NCBI GenBank assembly: GCA_020850355.1
Contig: JADZEX010000040.1
Span: 6,339 to 70,338 of the forward strand
Length of the DNA stretch: 64,000 nt
Source of the DNA: Fimbriimonadaceae bacterium
Lineage (GTDB): Bacteria; Armatimonadota; UBA10988
Reading direction: 5' to 3'
Positions 9,107-17,663 of this stretch are shown here, piece after piece. The translations under genes and the position numbers were made by a program. Each line of letters begins with the position of its first letter. Positions within the stretch are counted from its first letter, which is position 1. The notes beneath the pieces were generated by a model. It had not been told where the DNA came from. It worked only from the letters and a program-made list of their open reading frames with translations, and did no database searches.

Positions 9107-10168
9107 ATGAAGCTACTGATCACCGGCGGCGCCGGCTTCCTCGGCTACCACGTCGCCAACGACCTCGCCCGCCACGGCGTCAGCGCGGTGCTCTACGACC
9201 TCGAACCAGCCAACTTGGCGGAGTACCCCGCCGGCACCACCGCCTTCCAGGGCGACATCCGCGACGCCGCCCGGCTGCGCAGCGTGCTGCAGGAGACGCA
9301 GCCCGAGGCGATTGTCCACGGCGCCGCGGCGCTGCCGTTGTGGAAGAACGAGGACATCGTTTCGGTCAATGTCACGGGCACCCGCACCGTGCTGCAGACC
9401 GCGCAGGAGGCTGGCATCGGGCGGGTCGTGCAGATCTCCAGCACGGCGGTCTACGGCGTGCCGAAGAAGCACCCGCTCGAAGAAGATGATCCGCTGCAGG
9501 GCGTCGGCGCTTACGGCGAGTCGAAGATCGCGGCCGAGCAGGTCTGTCGCGAGTTCCGGGAGGCCGGGCTGGTGGTGCCGGTGATCCGCCCGAAGACCTT
9601 CATCGGCACGGCGCGCCTGGGCGTCTTCCAGATCCTCTACGACTGGGTCGAGAGCGGCTGCAAGATCCCCGTGATTGGCAACGGTCGCAACCGCTACCAG
9701 CTCCTCGAAGTGACCGACCTGGTCCACGGGATTTGGCTGCTGCTGAGCCAGCCAGTCGAGGTCGCCAACGACATCTACAACATCGGCGCGCAGCGGTTTG
9801 GGACCGTCCAGGACGACGTCGGCGCGCTCTGCGCCTACGCCGGCAGCGGCGCCCGGGTGCTCGCGACACACGCCCCGTCGGTGAAGCTGTTCCTGCGGGC
9901 CGCCGAGCTGGCGAAGCTCTCGCCGCTCTACAAGTGGGTCTACGGCACCGCCGACACCGATTCGTTCACGAGCACCGCCAAGATCGAGTCGCGGCTCGGC
10001 TGGACTTCGCAGTACAGCAACGCCGAGGCGCTGATCCGCAGCTACCAGTGGTACCTCGAGCACAAGGCCGCGATCGCCGGCGCGACCGGGGTGACCCACC
10101 GGGTGGCCTGGAAGCAGGGCATCCTGGGCACGGTCAAGCGCTTCCTGAAGACCAAGCCGGCGCGCTGA
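9107..10168 (+). CDS. NAD-dependent epimerase/dehydratase (extended SDR family)
   Basis: MKLLITGGAGFLGYHVANDL is a Rossmann GxxGxxG motif, and YGESK contains the catalytic YxxxK. Length and layout are typical of UDP-sugar epimerases. Confidence 0.9.
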   Translation: MKLLITGGAGFLGYHVANDLARHGVSAVLYDLEPANLAEYPAGTTAFQGDIRDAARLRSVLQETQPEAIVHGAAALPLWKNEDIVSVNVTGTRTVLQTAQEAGIGRVVQISSTAVYGVPKKHPLEEDDPLQGVGAYGESKIAAEQVCREFREAGLVVPVIRPKTFIGTARLGVFQILYDWVESGCKIPVIGNGRNRYQLLEVTDLVHGIWLLLSQPVEVANDIYNIGAQRFGTVQDDVGALCAYAGSGARVLATHAPSVKLFLRAAELAKLSPLYKWVYGTADTDSFTSTAKIESRLGWTSQYSNAEALIRSYQWYLEHKAAIAGATGVTHRVAWKQGILGTVKRFLKTKPAR

Positions 10169-10171
10169 GGC

Positions 10172-10962
10172 TCAGCGCGGAATCCCGAACGCGGCGTCCT
10201 GCCGGCGGCGGCGGGACTCGTCCAGCGCGTGGCGGCAGGCGCAGTCGGCGGTCGGCCCGCCGGCCGCCCAGGCCAGGCAGAGCGTCGCCAGGTCGGGCAC
10301 CCGCGTTGCCATGATCTCCTCGACCTCGGTGTGCGTCAGCGCATAGCCGGCCAGTCCGGCGGCGTTGTTGGTGGCAATCGCCACCGTGGCGTAGCACAGC
10401 TCGGCTTCGCGGGCCAGCACCACCTCCGGGACGTTGGTCATGCCCACCAGGTCGGCGCCCCAGGCGCGGTACATCCGGATCTCCGCCGGCGTCTCGAAGC
10501 GCGGGCCGTTGGTGCAGACGTAGGTGGCGCAGGGCAACAGGGCAATCCGCTGCGCCGCGGCACAGGCGGTCAGGCTGGCGCGCAGCCGCGGGCAGTAGGG
10601 CGTGGTGCTGTCGAGGTGCACGACGTCCTGTTCGAAGAACGTGCCGGCGCGGCCCCAGGTGGCGTCGATGAAGTCGGTCAGCAGGCAGAGGCTGCCAGGC
10701 GGGATGTCCGGTGAGAGCGTGCCCACGGCGTTCGAGGCGACCACCGCGGTGACGCCGAGCGCCTGCAGGGCCGCGATGTTGGCGCGGTAGTTGATGCCCT
10801 GCGGCGGCGTCTGGTGGCCCGCGCCGTGGCGTGGCAGAAAGACCAGCTCCTGGCCTTCGTGCCGCCCGACCTGCACCATCACGTCACCCCAGCGGGTGGT
10901 CACCTGCCGCGACTGCCAGCCCTGCCCGACCAGGCGGTAGAAGCCCGTGCCGCCGATGAAGC
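10172..10962 (-). CDS. mtnP: S-methyl-5'-thioadenosine phosphorylase (PNP family 2)
   Basis: The sequence MLGFIGGTGFYRL...VTTRWGDV...FLPRHG...NYRANIAALQALGVTAVVASNAVG...CTNGPRFETPAEIRMYRAWGADLVGMTNVPE is the MTAP signature. GGAGGA lies 6 nt upstream of ATG 10960-10962. The ORF-track N-terminal extension is rejected. Confidence 0.85.
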
Positions 10963-10968
10963 CCAGCA

Positions 10969-11748
10969 TCAGCCATCCTCCAGAGTGGTCAGCAACTCGG
11001 CAAAGCGCTCGAAGCCGGCCCGCTCGCGGGCCCCGAACTCGAAGCGCACACACTCCCGCAGGTAGCGCAGGCAGACCGCCAGCGGCAACCCCAATCGCGC
11101 CGCCTCGGCCGCGGCGATGGCCGGGATCTGCGGTTCGGAGAGCTCCCGCGCCTGCCGCAGCAGCGCCGCCAGTTCGCCCTCGAGGCAGCTCCTCGGCGCG
11201 ACCCAGGCCGCGAACACGAACGGCAGGCCGGTCCACTGGCGCCAGGCCGCCCCCAGATCGTATGGCTGCGGCCGCCGCGCATCGTGCTGCGCCGCGACGA
11301 ACGCCGCCAGGGCCGGGTCGCCGATCAGCAGCGCCGCGTCGCAGTCGGCCAGCATCACCGCCAGGTCCGGCGGCCGACTGACCAACTCCGGCGCCACGCC
11401 ATGCAGGTCGCGCAGCAGGATCCGCGCCAGGGCCACCGAGGTCACCGAACTGCGATCGACGGCCAGGCGGCGCACCGCGGCCAGCGGGCCGTGGTGGAAG
11501 ATCGCCACGCTCTGCACCGGCCCGTCGGCGCTGACGCAGCCGGCCGCTGGCAAGATCCCGAGTTGTGGCTCCTGCAGGGCCACGATGCTGCTGACAATGG
11601 CGGCGTCGATCTGGCCGGCGACCAGCCAGCGCGCCAACTGCGAGGGCACCGCTGGGACCGGCTCCAGGCCAGGCACCGCGCCCTGCGTGATGGCCCAGCT
11701 CAGCGGCCGGGCGTTGAGGTAATCGACGATGCCGATCCGCCAGCTCAT
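10969..11748 (-). CDS. mqnA: Chorismate dehydratase MqnA (futalosine-pathway menaquinone biosynthesis)
   Basis: MSWRIGIVDYLNARPL...LPAAGCVSADGPVQSVAIFHH is the MqnA/MqnD periplasmic-binding-like fold signature. Its start ATG overlaps the upstream stop (ATGA at 11745-11748). Its stop is 6 nt before the MTAP ATG. Confidence 0.8.
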   Translation of the reverse strand: MSWRIGIVDYLNARPLSWAITQGAVPGLEPVPAVPSQLARWLVAGQIDAAIVSSIVALQEPQLGILPAAGCVSADGPVQSVAIFHHGPLAAVRRLAVDRSSVTSVALARILLRDLHGVAPELVSRPPDLAVMLADCDAALLIGDPALAAFVAAQHDARRPQPYDLGAAWRQWTGLPFVFAAWVAPRSCLEGELAALLRQARELSEPQIPAIAAAEAARLGLPLAVCLRYLRECVRFEFGARERAGFERFAELLTTLEDG

Positions 11749-14507
11749 CGCCGGCGGCGGCCGCGGCCGAGCAGGCCGTACAGCAAGCCGACCACCAACA
11801 GCCCGATCACCAAGGGGCGCATCACCGCGTCGGCGCTCAGGCCGAGCCACTCCAGTCCAATCACGTCCAGCCCGGCGTCGCCCCCGCCGGGACCGGTTGA
11901 CAGCAGTTGCAGCACCACCGGATTCGGGCCCTTGTCGAGCGTCGCCTCGCAGCGCGCCCCCATCCCCGGTCGCTCACCCGGCGCGGCGCTGTCGAGCGTC
12001 ATGGTCTGGCGGCCGAGCTGCACCGTGAAGCTGCCGCCGGTGGGCAACTGGGCCTGTCGGATGGTCACCCGATAGCGCCCGCTGCGGGGTGCCCAGAGGC
12101 GCAGCGTGCTGGTCGCGCCGACCCGGCCGAGCGGGCAGCGGAGGTAGGCCCCACCCGACCAGCGCGGCTCCGCGCCGAACCGGTGCTTGACCACCGCCCC
12201 GAGCGCCGCGGCGTCGCCGCGTCCCAGCCATTCGGCCTCGTGCCCGCGGTTGGCGCGCTGCAGCATCACCCAGTCGATACCTACCCGGAAGCCCGACTTC
12301 TCGTTGGTCAGTGCCGTCAGCGTCAGGCGATGCCGGCCCTGCTTCAGGCGATGCACTCCCAATGGGGTCCAGTCGCCGACGGTCGGCACCTTCGCGCCCA
12401 GGTTGAGACCGCCCGCCAGCAGGGGCTTGCCGTCCAAGTGGGCCCGCACTCCGCCGTACTCGGGTCCTTTCAGGAACGACACGACCAGGCCGTAGTCGGC
12501 CGTCTCCGGAACGTCGAGCGGCACCACCAGCGTGCCGACGCTGCCACCCAGGTTGGCAACCGCCGCGCCGCCGCCGCTGAGACAGGGCTCCGTCGGCCAG
12601 GCCCCCCCGACCACGCCGGTGGCCCGCACCGTCGTCGGCCCCAGCTCGTACAGCCGCTGCTCCAACTGGGCCCCGGACCCGAGCGCCTGCAGCGGCAGCG
12701 CCTCGGCCTCCAGCGCGCCCTTCACGCGGCCCACCGGGTGCAACTCGAGACCCTCCAGGTAGACCGGCGCGGTCCCGCCGCGGAGGGTCAACACGAGGGT
12801 CGTGGCGCCCTTGGAGAGGTTCGCCTCGCCCACCGCCCAACCTGGGCCGACCGGCGCCAGAGTCCGGGGCTGGGCGCCGTCCAGGCTGCCCTGCACCTGC
12901 AGCTCGGGCCCGCCGCCAGCTCCGATCAGCGTGACCCGGTAGCGCCCCGCCGCGGCGACGTCGACCGGCAGCCGGGCCGTGCCGCGCCCGACCACCTGCA
13001 GCGCCGCCGCCGCCAGCGCCGGACGGGGCAGACCCGGCCGCGCCACCCGCCGCACGGTGCAGCCGTCCCCGCCGCTACGCGCCGGGTCGCCCGCGAAGGC
13101 GACCAGCGCTGCGGGCGCCGCGACCGTCGCGGCGCGGGCCGGGGCGGGCGCCGTCACGGCCACCGGGCTGGCAGCGTACCAGTAGACCACACTGCGGTAG
13201 CGGCACCCCGGCGCGCTGTTCTGCTCGCCATGCTCCAGGTCCAGCGTCAACCGCTGCCGAAACGGCACGCCGCCGTCGAGGTACCAGCGATAGGCCTGCA
13301 CCGCGCGCTTCTCGCCGGGCAGCCAGGTCGCCCCGGCAGCGCGGTCGGCGTAGGCGCCGTGGCGGAAGTACCAGGCGCCGTCGAACCAATCCTCGGTCCC
13401 GGTGCCCACCAGGCGCTGCCCGTCGACGGTCAGCGTCTCGTCACCTTCCAGGTACTTCAGATCGGCCTGCCCCGCCAGCGTCACGGCGGCGCCGACCAGC
13501 GTCCCACGGCCGCGCAGGTCGGCCAGCCGGTGCGGTTGTCCGAGCTTGGTCAGACTCTCGACGCAGGTCGCCTGAAAGGTCCCATCGCGCGGCCCGACCG
13601 CGTCGCTGACCGCCGCGCTGACCTCGACGGCCAACGCCCGGCGGCCGGTGTTCAGCAGGCGCACCTCGGCGCTCCGCCTGAAGGGCAGCGGCCAGCGACA
13701 GCGGTAGTCGCCGGCGGCGTTGACGCTGAGCGCCGCGGACTCGTAACTGACCGCCCCCAGACCACAGGCGAAGAAGTCCAGCCAGGGCACGTCGACCGTC
13801 AGCGGCCCGCCCTCGAACCGCATCTGCAGCCGCAGCGCCAGCAGCTCGGCGTAGGTCGGCGACCCGCCCAACCGCAGCCGCAGCTCACGGACGCAGCCCG
13901 GCCCGCTGGCCTGCCACAGCACCGCGCTGCCGCCGGCCGGCACAGCGCACCGGCGGTGCACCGCCCGAGTCACCGGGACCGCCCGCTGCGGCGCGCGGTC
14001 GCCCGGCCGGAAACTCCGCCCGCCCGGCACCGCGGGCAGGGTCAGGTAGTTGATCTGATAGTAGAGCTGCTCGACGCCCTCGCCGGTGATCCGCAACGAC
14101 TTGGCGAACGGCAGCGGAGAGGTGCAGGCGACGCCGCCGCCCGCGCTGCTGACATACGGCGCCACCCGCGGTGCTTGCCCCGTGGCGCGGCCAAGCTCGG
14201 CGAACGGCACTTCCCACCGGGGCTGCGCCTCACCGTCGAAGTAGAGCCGCAGCGTGCCCTGCGGATTGGCCGACCAGATCCGCGTCACCACCCCCGGGCC
14301 CCGCGCGTCGAGCAGCACCGCGGTGTTGCCGGCCTGCCGGACATAGTGCCCGCGGTCGTCGTTCCCGCCCCGCGGATCGGCGCTGCTGACCAGATGCGGC
14401 ACGCCGTCGGACAGCACCGCAGCATCCACCAGGCCCGGATCGGCGGCCGCCGCACCGACCGTTCCCATCCAGCCCACTGCCACCGCGAACCAAAGCCCAC
14501 GCATCAT
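11745..14507 (-). CDS. Secreted glycoside hydrolase family 172 (DUF2961) protein with extra beta-sandwich/CBM-like domains and a C-terminal TM helix plus Arg-rich tail
   Basis: Signal peptide MMRGLWFAVAVGWMGTVGAAAA. The motifs RIWSANPQGTLRLYFDG...GTGTEDWFDGAWYF are the DUF2961 signature also seen in the 61728..63719 paralog. It ends ...MRPLVIGLLVVGLLYGLLGRGRRRR. Confidence 0.8.
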   Translation of the reverse strand: MMRGLWFAVAVGWMGTVGAAAADPGLVDAAVLSDGVPHLVSSADPRGGNDDRGHYVRQAGNTAVLLDARGPGVVTRIWSANPQGTLRLYFDGEAQPRWEVPFAELGRATGQAPRVAPYVSSAGGGVACTSPLPFAKSLRITGEGVEQLYYQINYLTLPAVPGGRSFRPGDRAPQRAVPVTRAVHRRCAVPAGGSAVLWQASGPGCVRELRLRLGGSPTYAELLALRLQMRFEGGPLTVDVPWLDFFACGLGAVSYESAALSVNAAGDYRCRWPLPFRRSAEVRLLNTGRRALAVEVSAAVSDAVGPRDGTFQATCVESLTKLGQPHRLADLRGRGTLVGAAVTLAGQADLKYLEGDETLTVDGQRLVGTGTEDWFDGAWYFRHGAYADRAAGATWLPGEKRAVQAYRWYLDGGVPFRQRLTLDLEHGEQNSAPGCRYRSVVYWYAASPVAVTAPAPARAATVAAPAALVAFAGDPARSGGDGCTVRRVARPGLPRPALAAAALQVVGRGTARLPVDVAAAGRYRVTLIGAGGGPELQVQGSLDGAQPRTLAPVGPGWAVGEANLSKGATTLVLTLRGGTAPVYLEGLELHPVGRVKGALEAEALPLQALGSGAQLEQRLYELGPTTVRATGVVGGAWPTEPCLSGGGAAVANLGGSVGTLVVPLDVPETADYGLVVSFLKGPEYGGVRAHLDGKPLLAGGLNLGAKVPTVGDWTPLGVHRLKQGRHRLTLTALTNEKSGFRVGIDWVMLQRANRGHEAEWLGRGDAAALGAVVKHRFGAEPRWSGGAYLRCPLGRVGATSTLRLWAPRSGRYRVTIRQAQLPTGGSFTVQLGRQTMTLDSAAPGERPGMGARCEATLDKGPNPVVLQLLSTGPGGGDAGLDVIGLEWLGLSADAVMRPLVIGLLVVGLLYGLLGRGRRRR

Positions 14508-14614
14508 GCTGTCACCGCCAGCAGTCTAGCGGCTTTGCCAGGGATCGGCAACGGCCGGAGCGCGGCCAAGGGAACCGGTACGGCCGCGGCGAAAGGCCTG
14601 GCAGCGAGAAGCAG

Positions 14615-17599
14615 ATGGCGTTCTGGCTGGGGTTGTCGCTGTTGTCGGTGACCGCCGCGCCGCGGACGGTGGTGGACCTGAGCGGGGCTTGGGAGCTGCG
14701 GGCCGATCCGCAGGACCAGGGCCTGGCCGACGGATGGCAGACGGCTGGGGGCGACTGGCCGACGGCGCGGGTGCCGCGGTCGTGGGAGCCGGCGCTGGGG
14801 CTCGACTACGATGGCGTCGGCTGGTACCGCCGGCGGGTGCGCGTGGCGCCGGGGCCGGGGCGTTGGTTGCTGCGGTTGCACGGGGCGGCCACCGCGGCGA
14901 CGGTCTGGGTCGGCGGGCGGGAGGTCGCCAGCCATCTCGGTGCCTGGACGCCGTTCACTGCCGAGGTGACCACCGACCTGGCCGACGGGCAGCCGCACGA
15001 GCTGGTGGTCCGGCTCGACGAACGGGTGGGCCACAACACGCAGGGCTTTCTGCCGATCATCGCACCGCACTTTGGCGGGCTGTGGCAGCGGGTCGAGCTG
15101 TTGCGAGTCGGGGCAGCCTGGTTCGACGACACGGCCTGGTGGGCCCACGCCGCGGCCAGCGGCGCGCTGGCCGTGCGGTTGCCGCTGCAGGGCGAGCTGC
15201 CGGCCGGGGCCGAGGTGCGGTGGAGCCTGTCCCGCGGCGGCCGCCGCGTCGCCAGCGGTCGGCGGCCGGCGGCGGCTGTCAACTCCTGGCAGTGGCGCGG
15301 CGCGGTCACCCCGTGGGGCGACGGGCAGTCGCAGCTCTACGCGTTGACCGCCGAGCTGTGGGCCGGCGGGCGGCGGATCGACGCGGTCAGCCGCCGGATC
15401 GGCTTCCGCAGTGTCACCACCGCCGGGCGGCAGATCCTGCTCAATGGCCAGCCGCTCCGGGTGCGCGGCGTGCTCAACTGGGGCTACTACCCGCCGGAGC
15501 TGGCCCCGGCTCCCGACCCGGCCGAGTTCCGTCGCGAAGTGCGGCGGTACCGCGCGATGGGTTTCAACCTGCTCAAGTTCTGCCTCTGGCAGCCGCCCCG
15601 CGAGCTGCTCGAGGTGCTCGACAGCGAGGGCTTCCTGGGCTGGATCGAGTACCCCACCTGGCACCCCAAGCTGGACGCCGCGCACCGCGACGAGCTGTTA
15701 CGGGAGTACGCCGAGTTTGGCCGCCTGGACGGTGCCCATCCGGCGGTGGTCGTCCGCAGTCTGACCTGCGAGACCGGTCCCGCGGCCGATCTGGCGGTGT
15801 TGCGGGCGCTCTACGACCAGGCCAAGGCGTGGGCGCCGGAGACGCTCGTCGAGGACGACTCGTCGTGGATCGGCTGGAACCGGATCCACGATGTCTGGGA
15901 CGACCACAGCTACGGCAACAACCGCTGGTGGCGCGGGCAGCTCGACCGGCTCGAGGCCCATGTCGCGCAGCACGGCGTGAAGCCGCTGCTGCTGGGTGAA
16001 GCGATCGCCGCCGACACCTGGGCCGACAGCGCGGCCCTGGCCGCGGCGGGAGCGGCCGAGGCCTGGTGGCGACCGCGGTGCTGGGACGACCAACGGCAGT
16101 TCGAGGCCGCCCTGCGCGAACGTTTCGGCGCAGCGGCAGTCGACGACCTGCTGGCGGTCAGCCGGCGCTACGCCGCGGCGATGCGGCGCTGGCAGGTCGA
16201 GACCTTCACGGAGCGGCTGCCCGACGCCGGCTATGTGGTCAGCGTGGCGCGCGACTTCACGCTGGCCCGGATGGGTCTGGCCGACGACCTGGGCCAACCG
16301 AAGTGGCCGCTGGCCGAGTGGGCCTGGCATGGCCCGCAGGTGGTGGCGCTGGCGACGCGCGGCGACCAACGCGGCTACCTGGCCGGCGCGGCGGCCGCCC
16401 TGGGGCTGGACCTGGCGGTCGACGACTCGCCGGTCAGCCGGCCGACGCGGCGGACGGTCGGTCGGACGGTCCACGGCCGGCGGCTGAGCTGGGAGCTCTG
16501 GGCCTTGCCCGCGGCGCCGGCTGTGCCACCGGGCACGGTGGTGGTGGCCAGCGCGGACAGCCCCTGGCCGGCTGTGCTGCCCGGCGCCGCGGTGGTCGCC
16601 CCGGGCGCGGCGTTGCCGGCGACGACCCGGCTGGCCGTCTGCAGCGAGCTGACTCCGCCGCTGGTGGCCTGGCTGCGGGCCGGCGGCCGCCTGCTGCACC
16701 TGCCGGGGACCGGGCGCGGGGCCTGGCAGACCGAGGCCCTCTGGTGGCTCCGCGGCACGGTCTGGCAGCCACCGCAGGAGGCTTTCGCGGAGCGGCTGCC
16801 GGCCGGTCTGTTGAGCGACCTGCAGCTCCACGAGCTGGGCGGCGAGCAGGTGATCCGGGGCGAGCTGCTGTGGGAGCAGGTCGACCCGTTGCTGACCTGC
16901 CTCGAAACCCACGACCTGGCGACGGTCCGGCCGAACCTGCTGGTCTTCCAGACGGCGGTCGGCGAGGGGCGGCTGCTGGTCAGCGCGCTGCGCCACGGCG
17001 GGCCGGACAACGCCGCCGGGGCCTGGCTGACGCGCGAGCTGGCAGCCTGGCTGGCAGCCGGGCCCGCGCCGCAACGGGCGCTGTCCGAGGCCACCGCGGC
17101 GGCCCTGGAGTTGGCCGCGGGCGCCCGCAGCGTGCGGCTGGGCGGTCCCTGGAGGTTTGCCAAGGACCCCACCAACAGCGGCCTCGCCAACGGCTGGCAG
17201 ACGCCGCAGTTCGGCGCCGCTGAGTGGCCGGAGCTGGTCGCCGGCAGCCGCGCCGAGTGGGACCTCTGGGCGACCTACGACGGCTGGGGCTGGTACCGCC
17301 GCGACCTGGAGCTGCCCGCCGACTGGCCCGCCGGCCCCGCCCGGCTGGTCTTCGAGAGCGTCGATGACATGTATGAGGTGTACGTCAACGGCCAGCTCGC
17401 CGGCGGCCACGGCCGGCTCGACCGCAGCGAGACCAGCTACCTCCGCCGCACCTGGTTGGACCTCGGGCGCTGGCTCCGACCGGGCCGTAACAGTCTCGTC
17501 GTGCGGGTCCACGACTGGTACGGCGGCGGCGGCCTGGGGCGCGACCCGCTGCTGACCACCGGCCCGGTCGAGCCGGAGTTCGATCTGCTGCGGCCCTGA
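14615..17599 (+). CDS. Glycoside hydrolase family 2-like protein (994 aa, beta-galactosidase/beta-mannosidase-type sugar-binding N-domain, TIM barrel, and a second GH2-type sugar-binding-like C-terminal domain)
   Basis: N-terminal LSGAWELRADP...GWQ...ARVPRSWE, then WYRRRVRV...LRLHGAATAATVWVGGREV (the GH2 sugar-binding jelly-roll pattern). The same pattern recurs near the C-terminus (GGPWRFAKDP...GWQTPQF...WYRRDLELP...ESVDDMYEVYVNGQ). Confidence 0.75.
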   Translation: MAFWLGLSLLSVTAAPRTVVDLSGAWELRADPQDQGLADGWQTAGGDWPTARVPRSWEPALGLDYDGVGWYRRRVRVAPGPGRWLLRLHGAATAATVWVGGREVASHLGAWTPFTAEVTTDLADGQPHELVVRLDERVGHNTQGFLPIIAPHFGGLWQRVELLRVGAAWFDDTAWWAHAAASGALAVRLPLQGELPAGAEVRWSLSRGGRRVASGRRPAAAVNSWQWRGAVTPWGDGQSQLYALTAELWAGGRRIDAVSRRIGFRSVTTAGRQILLNGQPLRVRGVLNWGYYPPELAPAPDPAEFRREVRRYRAMGFNLLKFCLWQPPRELLEVLDSEGFLGWIEYPTWHPKLDAAHRDELLREYAEFGRLDGAHPAVVVRSLTCETGPAADLAVLRALYDQAKAWAPETLVEDDSSWIGWNRIHDVWDDHSYGNNRWWRGQLDRLEAHVAQHGVKPLLLGEAIAADTWADSAALAAAGAAEAWWRPRCWDDQRQFEAALRERFGAAAVDDLLAVSRRYAAAMRRWQVETFTERLPDAGYVVSVARDFTLARMGLADDLGQPKWPLAEWAWHGPQVVALATRGDQRGYLAGAAAALGLDLAVDDSPVSRPTRRTVGRTVHGRRLSWELWALPAAPAVPPGTVVVASADSPWPAVLPGAAVVAPGAALPATTRLAVCSELTPPLVAWLRAGGRLLHLPGTGRGAWQTEALWWLRGTVWQPPQEAFAERLPAGLLSDLQLHELGGEQVIRGELLWEQVDPLLTCLETHDLATVRPNLLVFQTAVGEGRLLVSALRHGGPDNAAGAWLTRELAAWLAAGPAPQRALSEATAAALELAAGARSVRLGGPWRFAKDPTNSGLANGWQTPQFGAAEWPELVAGSRAEWDLWATYDGWGWYRRDLELPADWPAGPARLVFESVDDMYEVYVNGQLAGGHGRLDRSETSYLRRTWLDLGRWLRPGRNSLVVRVHDWYGGGGLGRDPLLTTGPVEPEFDLLRP

Positions 17600-17663
17600 G
17601 CCGTGGCGCCGGCGGGTTTGCGGTGGCGTTCGCCAGATGGTAGGCTCGCGGGCGGAGAAGGTG

